Source: Iphione sp. A-MEVVRFRX5
Lineage: Eukaryota
DNA: 64,000 bases
NCBI GenBank assembly: GCA_976226885.1
Contig: OZ320316.1
Span: forward strand, 39,680,001 to 39,744,000
Reading direction: 5' to 3'
The translations under genes and the position numbers were made by a program. Of the stretch, positions 38,743 through 51,862 are shown piece by piece; positions within the stretch are counted from its first letter, which is position 1; each line of letters begins with the position of its first letter. Under the pieces are notes generated by a model that saw nothing but the letters and a program-made list of their open reading frames with translations, was not told where the DNA came from and searched no databases.

Positions 38743-39281
38743 GATAAGACATTGTGAGTCGTTCCTAACGCACAGACATTTTTACATAATGGCATAGATA
38801 TACAAACGTTCATACGAGACGTGCTAATATATCCGCACACATTCACCAACATCAGGCTTCCTAAATACACGTAGCCACACTGACAAAAGCGGCGTTGAGC
38901 TGTGAATGATAGATCACGGGGCTTGACGTAATGCATCAACAGAGGAATGCAATGCTCGGACTGTTTGGCCTATCCTCTTGGTGTTTAATGATTCCCCCAT
39001 CAAACGATAGTGGCTTCAGTAGTTACGTACCTGACAGCTGTGCAATAATCTACGTCTGTCAAGTGTCTATTCTTTATAAAGGCTTAACACTAAATGTTGC
39101 GTATATTTGCACGTGTCATTAAGCGTAAAAGCCATCGTCGGACTGTTGTTTATAACCCGTCTGTATTAGCTGCACTGGCCTTGTCCTGCAACTTTTATGA
39201 ATGTGACATGATACGCGTTGATTCATGATACCCCGATTTTTATTGGAAATACAGGACATGAAGGCGAGAAGGCATTGTGAT

Positions 39282-39425
39282 NNNNNNNNNNNNNNNNNNN
39301 NNNNNNNNNNNNNNNNNNNNNNNNNNNNNNNNNNNNNNNNNNNNNNNNNNNNNNNNNNNNNNNNNNNNNNNNNNNNNNNNNNNNNNNNNNNNNNNNNNNN
39401 NNNNNNNNNNNNNNNNNNNNNNNNN
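39282..39425. other. Assembly gap (N run)
   Basis: 144 N. Confidence 0.99.
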
Positions 39426-40894
39426 GTGTTGCCTGTCTTGCAGCAGATGCTTGAACTCTCAGCACCCCCCCCCCCCACAACCAACAGGAGCGGCAGGCTA
39501 TAAAGTTACCTCGGATGGTGTAATTGCCCATTGTTGGCCGCCTCAACTTCCCAAGGCAGCTGGTCCTGAGAGCCACTGATCCCACCCATGGACGTTAGTA
39601 CTGCCCACCTACCGACCTATGGTGGAGATAGATGGCAAGCGTGGACCTCCAGGATCCCTCCTACTCACACGAGAGCGGCTAAAGCTCCCTACACCACATT
39701 GGGGGCAACTCTCGTCACATTAAAATAACTCCCATAGATTACGGATCTATACCATTCACCACAAGCACTTGCGGAGAGTAGATTATATATTTATATATAT
39801 ACATATGTATATAGAGAGATGTGAAATATTTCCTGACAGGCTCTGATTTCTCTCGTCTTGCATTTATTTTGACCAAGGGTTGGTTATAGTTTCCCCATTT
39901 GTCAACAAAATATGACAGCTACAGACATGCGTGAAAGCGGATTTGTATCTCGTATTTTCATACATCCATATCGCATAATAACTGGATATGGAACCTATTC
40001 TTGGGACAATGCCTCTATTAACAAGACAGGAGCTCCATCAAGGGGACTGGAAGGAGAACATGAAGAAATACAAATAATTAACTTCAGACATTTCATAGGT
40101 GAACCAACTACTTCTGATTTATATATCACTGTGCTCTAAATTTTTGAGCCATTCACAAATGTTTAAACTCAAATTATGCCTAGTACGTAGTTTGCCTCTC
40201 CAGAGCGAAAAGGACTTACAAATGGCCCAAAATATCACAGAATGCCTTCATAAAATCATTCTTACTCTTATTCTTATTTTTAAAACTATCACTCTTTCTG
40301 CCTTTTGAGGTATCTAATAGGGAGCCAATGAACTTGTTTTTATTTGGCGCTGACTGACTTGACTGACACGTGAGATGACTGGTGACACTGAACCGGCTGG
40401 ACTGGTCCGTTTCAGGCACTAAAGTACATCGTCACGTGGTGAAGCGCAGTGAGGCACAGGCATTTGGCCAATCTGGTTTTCATAATACTGGACGGGGACA
40501 GTGCCCACTTGTGTTTGGTGGTACACTGGCTGCAACCAACAACAAATGCCTGACCTGCCTCGGTCCAAATAGCCCAAAGCCGACGGCAGGCCCACTTAAG
40601 CATGGCGACCACCTTTCAGAGGTTGTAGCCTCCGTCGACCCTGATCTTGACGGTCGGCCAGAAAGCATGAAAGCAACGGCCACCGAGACCGTGGACGCGA
40701 ACGTCGGGGCCCTGAGCGGGGAGGGGAAGGCTGCCGGGGCCAACGCATGGCGTCAGCACGGAGACGACGCCTCTTCACGTCGTCTCGGACTGGCGCTTCT
40801 TTTGTAGACACCCCCCCCCCCCCGCAACCAGTGAGGACGCTGGTCAAAGTGTTAAAGGCTGGTTGTGGGAGGCGAAATACATTTGACAGAGAGC

Positions 40895-40901
40895 ATGCGT
40901 G

Positions 40902-40944
<43 letters not shown>

Positions 40945-40977
40945 GTACATATGTGCGTGTGTGTGTGTGTGCGCGCG
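40895..40977. repeat. Alternating purine-pyrimidine tract (TA)n-(GT)n-(GC)n
   Basis: (TA)n 40906-40939, (GT)n 40957-40970, then gcgcgcg. Confidence 0.9.
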
Positions 40978-43427
40978 ATGAGATTCTTCATGCTGTGAGC
41001 ACCGACCGTACACCAACCTCTTAACAAAGGCCCTAATTTATAAGAGTCTGATTTTTACCAACACGCCGTACATAGTTTCAGCCTGTCCTACAGTTTTGTA
41101 TAAAGGGCATCATGTTCAAGCAGATCTGCTCAATAAATTCATCTTTTCTGTTTTAAAATGTATTTGAAAACAGCATTGTATATATGAAACCTACATTAAT
41201 GTGGGCATGGCTAGAGGAGACATCACCGTTCGACGAGGAAACAAACGAACATGTGCACGTGTATTGCCTGTTCACGAGAACGAAGTGTGCCTTCACGCAC
41301 ACGTGCAGGCACACAGGCAGAACTTATGCAAAGGTATGCACGCACATGTACGTGCTCACTCATAGGGAAGGTTACAGTCGCCAGGTTCGTGCACACCCCA
41401 GGCCCCTGGTGGCAGTGGGGTTAGGTGCTGCGTCGTGATCTAATAAACTACCGATGTGCAGCCGTGTGTGACCGCTACCGCTACATGCGCAGATATGCCA
41501 CCGACCTGACCACTTTAAAGTCAAACTGACGCATAGAGGCAAATAGACGACCTGTTGGACGGTCAAACCTTTCAACAAGATGCTTTATCATAAACACCGC
41601 TGACATCCTCCATCTTCCCTTCACGCAAGCAGAGCAGGTGTTTTCCCTTACGATTAACTTCCCCACAGACTTGTTCACGTTTTCGAGCACAGCGTCCAAA
41701 GGGTCATGTATAGCGTGCAGATCAGACAAAGACAGTGGCAAATTTCGCTGTATAAAATATGATGGCCACTGGGCGTACCATGTAATTCGTAATTGACTAG
41801 CTTGTATATCAATTCAGATGTCAGACGGAATAGCCGAAGAGGGGCGCCTCGGGCCGCCTTTTTGGGCCCCCCGGGCCTGATGAGGACACACCAGGGCTAC
41901 TTGTTTGCGGCAGTTGTTTCAAGCTTGGCCAATTACCTGCGTGCCCCCCGGTTTGATAACACTTAATAATGTTCTGCCGCATACCAGTAATACAGGTGCA
42001 GCTTGGCCACTGACCAAACCTTCCCAATGACCTAATTTCCAAATATTTGCCAAATTACCTCCCCCCATGCGACCTGCCTGGGATGGTTACCATCATTAAT
42101 GTGAGCTGCATGATAGTCGGATAATCATACTGGTCCACAACCTCCAACTACTTTGGACAGTGCTATACTGTCTCATGGCCCCGGCTCATTATCCCAACAC
42201 TAATTACTGGAGTCAGAGGTTAGTAGTTCTCGGCTTAATTACGGGGTATTTATTCCACAAGGCCATGGAGGAGATATGGTCCGTGATCGACTGGAATTCA
42301 CTTATTTTGACCCGATAAGGACGTCACTGATCTTAATTGGAAATCGCAGGACCATGACATATTCTGTATTTTTTTCCTAAAAGTCTCGGCTACAACTTTC
42401 GACCTTCCTTTAACTGCGGCTTGGATGGACTCGACTACCTACACATAAGGTAATTAAATATACTGTGCAACCTACGCAAATGAGAACTGATTATTAATAC
42501 CCGGTGATGTATGTCCCCTCATGTTTAATTAATTTTTCGCCAGGTGCTTGCAACCAGTGCATTTTTTATTCACAACATGCACTACCTACATATTATATGT
42601 ACATGTATGTGTGCAGATGGTTAAAATAGAAACAAGCAGCAAGAAACTGAAGGAGGAAAAGAATGCACAGGAGCTCGCGGTTGGCTTGAGGATGGAAACC
42701 GAGATGGTTACATGTAATTACCACTAACAGGTGTAACTCAGGGACAGTGTACGTAAACCACTGGAGGGCATGTGAACCCTGGAGCAGCCAAAATACTACC
42801 AGACAAGCCCTGAAACACCCCGGCGTATTTCGCACTCTCCACACTCCTTCTCTTCCTTCTGTCCCGCCCCACAAGTCACGGGTCAGAGCCAAACTCTGAT
42901 ATGTAATCACGGAGAAAATGTTACATGGCCCCGGCAGCAATTTCCCCTTGCCTGGCCTCAATTATCCACATGATTAATAACCGGGTAATAACTTGATGAA
43001 GTGCCGCCACTGAGGATCCCCCTTCCTTTTTTGTCTACTGAGTATTCATCACTCTCTAAGTGCACGATAACGTTGTTCTTGAGCAAACACAAATTCCACA
43101 GAACACCCCATCGATGTGCTCCAACTGTAACGATCTAGCCAATGCACTTTTTCCTCAGTTTAAATCTGCTTTAGCACATTTTAATCGGTGGCTCTTTCCT
43201 CACATTACACTTTTTAAAGCTAGGAAAAAAGACCATCAGCGATTAGGTTTCTTCGTTAATTATAAGTAATTGGCAACGAATCAAAACAGTCATTTGGACA
43301 TTAGGTAAACAATGTTGGCTGCAGCGTATTTGTGGCTTATCAGAAGACACGCAAAGCATGCACCTCCCCCCTTCATCCACCAAGCAGCTAGAGTCACACA
43401 GGTTAGAATTAATTAAGGTGAACTCAC

Positions 43428-44012
43428 CTGAGTTTGTAGTGTTAGATTCGGCGTCAACCATGGAACTCGGACGTCGAGGACGCTGCTTCTTGTCCACGCC
43501 CTTCCCTGGCGATGGCTTCCGGTCGACGTCGCCGTCTGCGTCGTCGTCGCCATCCGCCTCACCATCGCGTTCGTTTGCGCTGCTATCTTCACGTTTAGCC
43601 TCAAGATCAACATGCTTGCGGCGTTGCCTTTGCTTGTCCTCGCTCAAATCCTCGTCGCCATCTTCTTCCTCGTTGTTGTCGTCGTTGTTGTCCGAGGCTG
43701 CCTCCTCGCCGGCCGGGATCGACCTGGGCGGTCGCGGCGACAGCTTCTCGCGCACTCCGTTTCCGCTCGATTCGGGCGTGCCCCGTCGAGCGATAGGCGC
43801 CGAAATGCTCGTTCGACGGGCGTTAATGACCCCCGAACCGCTGACCGACTCACTTTGCTCCTCAGAGCCATCCTCGAATTGGCTGTCCTCGTACGGGTCG
43901 ACGTTCTCTTTATTACATCGGTTCACCTTGTGCTGGATGAACTTGACGATGTCGCTCAGCAAGAACTCCCTCTGGCAGTCTCCGCATGTCAGGTAGTCCT
44001 GCTCTGGCTCAA
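43428..44012 (-). CDS. BCL11A: Internal coding exon (phase 1 to phase 1, 585 bp) of a BCL11A/BCL11B (Ctip)-family zinc-finger transcription factor: N-terminal CCHC finger plus acidic linker
   Basis: Translation (V)EPEQDYLTCGDCQREFLLSDIVKFIQHKVNRCNKEN...SMVDAESNTTNS(G). The C-x2-C-x14-H-x4-C finger (43915-43986) has the same spacing as human BCL11A [28 protein letters not shown]. From memory, IQHKV..CNKEN and DAESNT match invertebrate Ctip proteins. Acceptor ccttttgcag|TT at 44013/44012 and donor TCAG|GTGAGT at 43428/43427; length is a multiple of 3. The symbol is a family-level assignment to the invertebrate BCL11 gene. Confidence 0.93.
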
Positions 44013-47000
44013 CTGCAAAAGGCACGGCAATAAATAAGCACAATGGTAATAAAATCACGATTAAAAATGTCGCCACTGGAGAAAGTGGGTAGGGTGTGAA
44101 GGTGAGAAAAACACGCGCACAGAAATCGCGATCAAAATTGTGTCACTTAAAACGCTGACAAATGAAGGACAAAAAGTCAAGTGATGCGTCAAAACAATAG
44201 CTTTTTCGTCAGAAGTCTTTTGCACAGAGCAGGCAGGGAAAGCGGCGTTTGTGGAAATAATGGCACCCAATGACCCGAGTAAAAAGCCGATGTTTTATCA
44301 CAAAACAAAACTTGGGATTTGTTTAAATACAACAAGGGATTATTTATGCGCACAGGCGTCTTAACTGAGAAGATTAAGGGTAATCAGACTGACACAAATT
44401 TCTAACGTAGGAATGTGACTATATGTGCAGAAACCCCAATCTTATGAATGGAGCGCGACAGATTCACAAGGGTTTAGCCGTTCTTAGCGAATCTCACGCA
44501 TAATCAAATATTTACTTGTCCTAAGGTTCTTTATGTATGCCGCGAGGTGCAAGGGCCACCAGTGAAAATAAACACACATTACTGACAAGGGCATATACAC
44601 AGTGGGTTAAAAAAAAATACAAGTAGCTATTGATAACTGTTATACCACTGTCGAAAACAGTCAATATTAATCCACCGCGCGTGGTATTTTGAAAACATGT
44701 GGTGAGACTAAAAGCGCTATGGCCTTATCCACCTTACCCCCATGGTCGCCCCTTCCCTGTTTAGTATGAGGGGAACCCACGCATGCGGACGGAATGTCGG
44801 GGTGTTTTCATCGGACGGCGAACAGTCTACATGCCGGTCGTGTCATACAGACACCCCACCCCTCTATCTCCAAATCTTCACCTGTCCTCCTCAGCACCTC
44901 CCCCACTCCCACCGCTATTCGACATGGGAATCACACCTCCACCGAGTACGGTGCGTGTCGACTGCAGATGGATGGCTTGCGGGCTACTGAACCACGTGTC
45001 AGGATGCACCGGCGGTGCTGCTGAGGCTCTGACAAGCCTTGCTCCTCAATGCGGAGGGCTGTTGGTCGTTGTGGTCACTAAGACCGCCGCCTTCCAGAAG
45101 CCAAACCGACCTGTGGCCATCTCCCAATCCTCACACTTTTAGCACATTGTAGCAAGCAGAGTGGGAAATCGTGTTTCTCTCCCTTGCGCCCGGACGTCTC
45201 TCTCACTATCAGAGGGTCCGGCAGGCTATCCAATCCCAAACTTGGCCTGTAACCTCGTGCAGCTCACACCAGCCTCAAAGCATTTTCTAAACCCCGCGAC
45301 GCTTTACGCAGAGAATGTGGTAATAGCCCTCGCTCCCAGCCCCCGCTCGTATCAAACTAAGAAGTCTGATTTGGTATTGCAGGGTAAAAGCAACACACAT
45401 TTCTTCAATAACAATAATTTGAATTCGACGTTATACTTATACCTGTACATGAGGGAACTCAAGTGTATACATGTAGATGTATGAATACACTAAATGTATT
45501 AGATGTACTTGACGTACATCAAGCGTCATGATGTCCTTTGTAATTATATACACGTCAAATCATGTATTTCAGTGTATTTATTTCGTTTTTGTTAAATCTA
45601 TCTCTTTCCCTGTTTAAAATGAAAAAATAAGCACCACGAATGTGAAAAAAGAATTTGGGTGAAAAATCTAACTTATAGTCTCTAAATCTAACTAAAAGAC
45701 TTCCAAACAAAGATTACTTTGGTAAGATTCCCAGTACACATGGAGTTTTATGCTATGCACATACCTATAATGTAGTGGTACGAACGGGATGGTAGGAGAG
45801 GTATTATTCGAGAAATTGTGCATACACTGTCTCTGCTATGAGCCATTACTTTGTGTTGCAAGTTGACAGTAAGTCTTGCCTCTGGCTGCAGACATATACT
45901 AGGGATCAACATAATGCATAGTGATTGCTATTCTACAGCAGACATGGGCTTTGCCCTCTCATGTAACATATGGTCACACATGGCATCTTCAGATTGTCTC
46001 CGCGGTGGCTGCACAGGTGAAGCAAGTCATACCTGCAGCCATTCAAGGGCTGCAGACCGCGACGTCTCTTGATCTCCGCTCACAATGTGATTGGTCTCAC
46101 TCACAAATAAAATAGAATGTTTCTATCACCCACCACGCGCTTACTTATGTGTCTCTTGATATACACGTTCAAATTGCTGATACTTCATCCTCTACCCACC
46201 TTCGTGGGATCGTCCTGGAAGCCTCGCTAGTCCCGCGATACGTTCTCCCGCACTGTCGGCTTTGTAATGGCGTTTAAATATAGTGGGATTATCTCCAACA
46301 AATCACGTCAAAAAATCACCACCTCGTTTGGCAAGCTTGTCAGGTTGTCTAATGCCTTTGCCTCATATAATGATCGTTTCATGACCGTCGGGCAGAGGCA
46401 GGATCCATCTAACCCTGGCTTATGTGTTTAAAACCTAATCTTGTAGTGGGCATCAACTCTTCTTTCTTGGATGTAAGCGATAAATTTTCAGCGCCCCTAA
46501 TCCACTCACTCGTTATACAAGGTATTGTTAATAGCCTCATCTCATATTCTATAAAATTTAGAACATCCAGTTTCAATCACTGTTGAAATTGCCAGTGGCT
46601 ATTAGAAATTAAGTATTCATAGGCTGTCAAGGCTAAAAAGAATGAATCTCGATCAAAATGGACGTTGGCAGCTTTAAGGAAATTGATCTTACAATTGGCT
46701 AATATTAATGGAGAAACAGACTATAAAACTTCTAAAAGTTCGAGCATATACATGTATATCGTATTAACATGGGAGTTCTTTTGTTTTACTTACACGCACC
46801 TTGACAATGTCATTATCCCAAACCGTCGTACAGACTTGTGCGTGCTTTGCCTAGAGAGAATGATGATTATTTGAGACATTACTTCTTACAACTGTCCCAT
46901 TGATTAAAAAAGGGTATGTATGACACGTTATCACTCTTCGAGGCTTGCATCGGTTCCATCCACACCAGCTGCTGGGGCAGGTCCAAGGACGCTTCAACAT

Positions 47001-49535
47001 GTCCGATAGGTGCCCCAGTAACGCCCTCTGTGCGCAGATTACGTTTATTTTGCCCCAGAGTCGGCAGCGGCCAAGGGAGAGCGCGAGAGCGTAGGCAAAA
47101 AAAACGACCACGGGGGTATATCAGATGTACTGGGGGCAAATATACCATATCGACTTACTTCAAAAATAGAACCGAAGGCTCTGAATAACCAAGGTTTCGG
47201 CTGCAGCGAAGACGAACGCATCGCAGGCCAAAAGCTAGAGCGACCCACAACAAAACAAGAAGAAGAAAACATGGCGGGTAACTAGTATCAGTCGGGCGGG
47301 CGCCCAGGGTCGGGTTTGACCCAACCCTAGAAGCTCGGTCGGCTGCTGCGGCAAACCTGCAGGAATGCCTACAATCATGACATGTGAATGCCACCTACAG
47401 ACGGACCCCCTGCTTAAGTATATTGCCTGCAGCTGTACTGTCGAATAGGGTGGGAATGCTAGATATATATCCAATAGCAGTCTCGAAAATAATTAACATG
47501 TCTTTGCTAGATAATGCGCCGCTAATGCATGTGTAATTGTCTAAGTTTGTCTGAGTACTTTGGCTCGTTCTCTATGAGTCCATGGTTAAGGTCTATATCC
47601 AGTTATCGACAGTACGACCATAAGGCGGATTGGACAGGCTACAATCGCGCCTTCCCAACGGCAACCTCTCTCAAGACAAGTGCACGTCTGAGGTCGCGTT
47701 TGCCCAGGGTGACGCGGCAGTGGCACCAGCGTCCGCTACCCCCCACCCCTACCCCCAGCGCCCACAGCCCTAAAGGCCCTGGCATGAGAGTAGGACTCCC
47801 ACACAACCTCGAATCCCACAACATGACTGGCCGGCTCTTCACCAACTTGTCAGCATTTGAAAAAAATCTATTAAAGTTCTCCAGCGCCGCACAGAAAATC
47901 TCTTGTGAGCTATCTTTTGATGCGACATCCACTCTTGTGCGTAACTACAAATCCTTCAAATTACTCTCGTATTTACCCTGGGGAATACCTCGCGATTTGC
48001 ATCTGAATATGTGAAGCAAATGAAGAAGGATTTGCCCAACTTGGTGGGGCTTTGAATATACCAGAACATTATTTGTGAATTCAATTAATTTGAAACTGTA
48101 CCGGCTATGTTGTATTCACTTTTGCTGTTATATTGAAAACGCAAACAGTTGGTTCGAACACTAAGACGAAGCGTTGTCGCTGGGAAGGACCGTGTATAAC
48201 ACTGTCGTGAAATGCTAACGGTCAGTTCAGCCTCTAACCAAACTTCAAAAGTCAACGGCTCAAATCAGGCGAGCAAACCCACTCTAAATGGACAAAAAAA
48301 CAGTGGGCAAACTTTGATTTGCAATTACTTCCCAAAGCACACTTCCCTTGGTTTGAAAGCATTCATTGTAAAATGGACTCCAATGAGTTATTCGCCAGTA
48401 AATAGCAGCATTCTGAAATTTAATTAACTCCACAATACACTGAGTGGGCCGCCGTGGCTGCGGGCTCCCAGGCGGGCTCCCAACGGAATCAAAGGTATTA
48501 TGAAGTTATTCTAGCACGGGAGGTTAATTTCATAACATGGAAAGCAAACAATGCTGTGAATTTGTCTGTATATGTCAGGGTGTGGTAACAAAAAGAAGTG
48601 AGTCTAAAGGAGCGTTATGGGGGAGGAGTTGGTGTAAAATGGCTGTGGGCCGAGAGGCTAAAGGCCAGGCAGGTGACGCTTGATGCAGGGAGCTCAACGC
48701 TGGACTAGAGAGCTCACCTTGTCTCCCTAATAAATCTGTCAGAAGCGCCGTTCTGACGCTTGTGCGTTACCCGCTCTTACGCCAACGGCGACAACCCCTC
48801 CAAAGCTTTGTTTCACGTGAAGGAATATGTGTTGGACCAACACTTGTACGGGAACGTGAGATGAGAAGTGTTTGTCGTAACGCCACCTACGTAGTGCTAT
48901 ATGGCTGCATGGCAACTCGTGGGTGTCAACAAAAACGTGACACAATAGAACTTCACTCAAAAGTTGCCAGATTTGCCCCAACGTAACGTCATGTCGAGAA
49001 CTCGATAAGGAAGCGTCCCATTAAATGAAGTGGTGATGTTTCACAGATACACCCATCAGGATATTTACCTCATCCTGGCAGCATTAACATTAGTGCAAAT
49101 TTGGGAGAAAATAACCCTGGTGCGCGACTGTGCTCGCACAAAAACAGCGTCCCTGGCCACTGTGCACCATGACTATTGTTACCCAAGCCACTGTAAGCGG
49201 CCATTCACACGTGACAATGGAGTGTGGCTGGCCGCAGCCTATCATGTGACTATGGGTCAGGTCGGCCCTCCTCCCTTCTCAGGCCGGCTGCCTCTCTCTG
49301 ACTCTAATCTGTGAGAAGGATGGCGAGAACTGAATGCAAAACACACCTAGAGCGAAAAACTATCCATGACACAGTTTTTCTTGGATGTGACTTACTTTTG
49401 AATGTGTATGTCGACATGTTGACAATCAAGCATGTGAAACATCTCAAGCGGGTGCGTTTTGCGAGGCACACATTTTACTCCGGGTGTAATTAGCGTTCCA
49501 GTCGTCCATGCGTTGCTCCTGCTGCACTGTGTATG

Positions 49536-49573
49536 GCTGCTGCTGCTGCTGCTTCCGCTGCTGCTGCTGCTGC
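49536..49573. repeat. (GCT)n / (CAG)n trinucleotide tract
   Basis: gctgctgctgctgctgcttccgctgctgctgctgctgc. Confidence 0.9.
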
Positions 49574-51723
49574 CACCGCCAGGCCGCGCGAGTGAGCGTG
49601 CTCATGGTGGTCGGCAGACTGTCACTGAGGCGCCCGCTCACCCCAACTAGTACCCCGGCCAAGTCCACAAAGAGGCTGCCTGTCTGCTCACCGCTTGGCC
49701 AGTGGTCACGACCGTTAGGGGCCGTCCATACCCCCACCGACCAATGCTTCTCCCGGGGGTTTCTGGCCAGCCAGTCAGAGGCCGCTAAAAACCGAAGCCT
49801 CCGCCTCCACCACCCCCAAATGCACGAGCGGCAGTGGACCCAGACCGAGGGCTAGGTGACCAGCAGCCGGCCATGTGACGGGGCAGGCCGGCCCGACCGC
49901 TGACCTGTCGCCGTGCCCCCAAAGGGGGTCGGAGTTCAAGGCCAGAGGCCAGCTCTGCCCACTGACAAATCGTTACCAAACATATCATCTCTTTTTAAAA
50001 ATTAAACCATAACTGTTCAATTTTACGTAGTACCAGGCCCCTCCAGGAATCCACAAAACCTAAATATAGACAGGATCCTACAGAAAACAAAGGAGTTTAT
50101 TCGCAAAAAAGGGCTTTGCCAGATTATCTGGACAAATGTGGTTTACGACTAGAATTCTTAAAGCTCAGCTGGGTCGGCGCTTGTGGTTGGGGTGACTTTT
50201 AGTGACCTTTGCTGGGACAGAAGCTACCAGCATGACCCTCACCGAGCACAGTCAGCCATGCTAACGCCACAAATCTTGCGGCTTGACATCACAACGCTTT
50301 TGTATGCAGTAGCCAATTGGAACTGCCCACTCGACACGTTACAGACGGTTGCCTCAATGGTTAGTCACTGGAGGACCTCTGTAGTATGTGACCCCTTGGT
50401 CACCCTGCCCCCTATTACTTCCTAACCGACCAGCGGCCGCCATCCCCTGTTCTGGCCAACCCATAGCATACAGCTGACCGTTCCCAAGTATCAGCACTCA
50501 AAGGTTCTTGGCCACACCTTTTCCCTGTTCCGTCACTGATTCGGTGGTCGGTCGAACAATGCATTTATCTCTGTTATCACCAGCGTAGCACATGTTGCCA
50601 ATGGCTCGTCCGTTGCGTTCACCGACGTGGCGGCCATAGACCTGCCTATATGACATCCTAATCAGTGCCATCAACGTCAGAAGGGGTAGTGATAGCTGGC
50701 AGTCAACGACATGATTTACATAGGGTCGGCGGCGGATGTGCCATGTCAAACGGTCACTGTTTCCCAGTATCGTAACTCCCCAAAAGGCAACTACCCCACC
50801 GAATACGCGCCTATGTCCGATAACACTGACCCAACCATCAACCAACCAAAAGCTGAGATTATGGCGGCTGGTTTGTCGATCGGCGGTTGGTTCTGCGGGT
50901 CAACGTTGAACCCGATTACCGACAGCAGCTCAATAATGAATGAAAAACAAACCGAAAGCGATGGAACGTCAGCCCCAAAGTAATGGAACATCCCGAAAGA
51001 AAGATAATCATAATAGTGTTATCCCGAGGGAAAACAACATAGCGATTTTTATTCGGACCCATTTCAGAAGAAACATGAGTGTTCTGAGGGCACAATGTCA
51101 GTAGTAACACATTCTGAAGTAGTGCACAAAACTTCAATTTCCCCCATTGGTCGTGAGAGATTCGGAATAAAGAAGTAAACATCGCCCCCCCCCCGACAGA
51201 CATATATATAAATCCATATATAAGTAGTACGCTCAAGCTGTGGCCCGCCTCTGCAGGAACCCTCTCAGTGCCAACCGACATGGTATGCTTGAGTTACCAT
51301 GCGAACCATCACCAGAGGGACCCACGGTATGATATGTTACCCATCTGTTGGTAAGCAGTCGCAAGTCGCAGAGACAAAACACCCAAATGAGGCCATGCTA
51401 GCCAGATGAATAGCACTGACGGGGAGTTTACATGCTCGCAAGAACATGCTCCCATGCCATGCTCCACTTTTACGATGGACATGTCATCCAGGGGCCAGCG
51501 AGCGGCCTCATTAATATTCATGACTATTCGCGGCATCAATTAGCAGAAGGCACTGCTGTTATAAATTAAGTATGACTTTGACCAAGGCCACTTATTACAG
51601 GTGCAGTGAACTTAATTGATCTGTTCAGACTTGTTAAGCAATTAGAGGAAGTCTCTAGATATTATTCATCTTTAATTGATAAACTTGATGCAAGTAGGGC
51701 CCCCTTATTCTACGAATACACCG

Positions 51724-51862
51724 NNNNNNNNNNNNNNNNNNNNNNNNNNNNNNNNNNNNNNNNNNNNNNNNNNNNNNNNNNNNNNNNNNNNNNNNNNNNN
51801 NNNNNNNNNNNNNNNNNNNNNNNNNNNNNNNNNNNNNNNNNNNNNNNNNNNNNNNNNNNNNN
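51724..51862. other. Assembly gap (N run)
   Basis: About 139 N. Confidence 0.99.

Larger units (their letters stand above)
1..43427 (-). other. Large intron of the BCL11 gene downstream of the CCHC exon (at least 43.4 kb, extends beyond the window)
   Basis: No ORF in the track encodes C2H2 fingers, and I found no EP..C..C / AW.L.QH-type exon by eye. BCL11 genes carry most of their fingers in a long exon, which would give a long ORF. A short exon could have been missed. Confidence 0.65.

Noticed and set aside
40749-40797. Hairpin GCGTCAG...GAGACGACG-loop-CGTCGTCTC...CTGGCGC as a possible pre-miRNA
   Set aside because: About 50 nt with no extended basal stem, and less stable on the BCL11 sense strand; no match to a miRNA I recognise.
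43358-44037. Plus-strand ORFs of 212 aa and 141 aa over the BCL11 exon
   Set aside because: Antisense shadows of the D/E-rich exon (Ser-, Val- and Leu-rich), with no independent protein features.
44013-44076. Hydrophobic signal-peptide-like start (MATFLIVILLPLCLFIAVPFA) of the 277-aa ORF
   Set aside because: It is the T-rich polypyrimidine tract of the intron read in frame, ending at a canonical ttttgcag acceptor. BCL11 is nuclear. The ORF tail 43243-43427 is likewise intron read-through.
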